Assembly (NCBI GenBank): GCA_017510245.1
Contig: JAFWNQ010000010.1
Coordinates: forward strand, 7,178-71,177
Source: Clostridia bacterium
GTDB lineage: Bacteria; Bacillota; Clostridia; TANB77; CAG-508
Direction: 5' to 3'
Length of the DNA stretch: 64,000 nt
The notes beneath the pieces are model-generated. The model had not been told where the DNA came from and did no database searches. It saw only the letters and a list, made by a program, of their open reading frames with translations. Shown piece by piece: positions 63,320 through 64,000 of this stretch. Position 1 is the stretch's first letter, and the number at the start of each line of letters is the position of its first letter. The position numbers and the translations under genes are program-made.

Positions 63320-64000
63320 TTAAACTACATATTTCTTAATAAAGAATACGCTTGCTCCAATTATTAATACTACTCCACTTGCTACTGCAATATATGTTGG
63401 TGCAGAACCTGTAACTACTGTTAATGCTACTGGTGCATCATCTATATCATCTTCTCCGTCTTTCTTATTATTTGGAGTAGAATCTATATCAGGTGTATTA
63501 CTATCATTTTTGTCTTCGCTTATTTCTGCAACATTAACCATAACTCCCATGTTCTTCTCATCATTTATCCATGTAAGTAGTACATCTATTGTAGCTGATT
63601 GTCCTGGTTGTAATAATGTATCTTTTAATTGGTCTGTAACAATCTTTCCGTTTTCTTCTTTCCACTTTGGATTGTCTGCTTGATTAAATCTAAGTCCTTT
63701 TGGAATGTAGTCTGATATTTCTGTAGCATAGCCTGCTATCTCACCTTCGTTTGTTATTCTAATGCTATATCTAAATTTTACAACTGTATTGTCAAGTCTC
63801 TTTTTGTTCAATTCAACTTTTACTATAGATTCTGGATCATCTTCTGCTTTATGTCCTGTTTCCATTTCTTTTTGTTGTCCGTCTTCAATTACTATAGCAT
63901 GTGTTACCCATTTTCTAAGTGCTAAGTCAAAGTATTTTACATAGATGTGTTCAACATCTTGGTCATCTTCTCCCTCATTCCACTTATCTGGTGTTGAATC
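63320..64000 (-). CDS. Paralogous giant surface protein, C-terminal part only (5' end beyond window)
   Basis: The frame stays open from 63865 up to base 64000 (...DSTPDKWNEGEDDQDVEHIYVKYFDLALRKWV...). The terminal module and anchor parallel the 59320-63084 protein and end ...ALTVVTGSAPTYIAVASGVVLIIGASVFFIKKYVV. Confidence 0.75.
   Translation of the reverse strand, partial: DSTPDKWNEGEDDQDVEHIYVKYFDLALRKWVTHAIVIEDGQQKEMETGHKAEDDPESIVKVELNKKRLDNTVVKFRYSIRITNEGEIAGYATEISDYIPKGLRFNQADNPKWKEENGKIVTDQLKDTLLQPGQSATIDVLLTWINDEKNMGVMVNVAEISEDKNDSNTPDIDSTPNNKKDGEDDIDDAPVALTVVTGSAPTYIAVASGVVLIIGASVFFIKKYVV

Noticed and set aside
1-64000. rRNA, tRNA, tmRNA, RNase P, SRP RNA, transposases and IS elements.
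   Set aside because: I found no conserved tRNA T-loop/acceptor patterns, rRNA-like GC-rich blocks, or transposase-like ORFs while reading intergenic regions and the ORF track. A tRNAscan/Infernal run would confirm this.

Overview
Visibly AT-rich chromosomal segment, coded almost entirely on the minus strand, from an endospore-forming Firmicute. It looks Clostridia-like: spoVAC/AD/AE operon, SpoVB/MurJ-type flippase, FtsI/SpoVD-type PBP.

Core content:
- Two separated pieces of the division/cell-wall (dcw) region. Left edge: two DUF881 genes, ftsQ/divIB, murA. Right: mraZ-rsmH-ftsL-PBP, an insert, then murE-mraY-ftsW-murG.
- smc, minD (interrupted)-minE-rodA, dusB, a mazF-like toxin, ruvA, rarA, hup, mgtE, topA.
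- A fused translation block rpsB-tsf-rpmG-secE-nusG-rplK-rplA-rplJ-rplL.

Accessory content:
- A divergent RelA/SpoT-like protein.
- A convergent pair of a TraG/TraD/VirD4-like coupling ATPase and a wHTH Replication-relaxation-like protein, around a 60-bp perfect palindrome.
- A GLUG-repeat protein and a pilin-like protein.
- An orphan one-TM AgrC-type kinase with a SipW-signal giant secreted protein, inserted inside the dcw cluster.
- A receiver-GGDEF operon next to two tandem giant surface proteins.

No rRNA, tRNA, CRISPR, transposase or integrase was recognised.

Most interesting signals:
1. Nine perfect ACAAAAGA octamers plus a strong terminator hairpin fill an unusually long mraZ-rsmH spacer. 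Three phased AAGTGG repeats (MraZ-box-like) sit between the mraZ promoter and its start codon.
2. The isolated coupling-protein/relaxation-like pair with the palindrome, a candidate oriT-like or protein-binding site.
3. In-frame stop codons in two conserved genes: TAA in minD and TGA in spoVAC.
4. The 519-aa RelA/SpoT-like protein, which keeps the synthetase motifs but has a ~190-aa insertion.

Functional calls rest on my reading of motifs in the translations. No database search was run.
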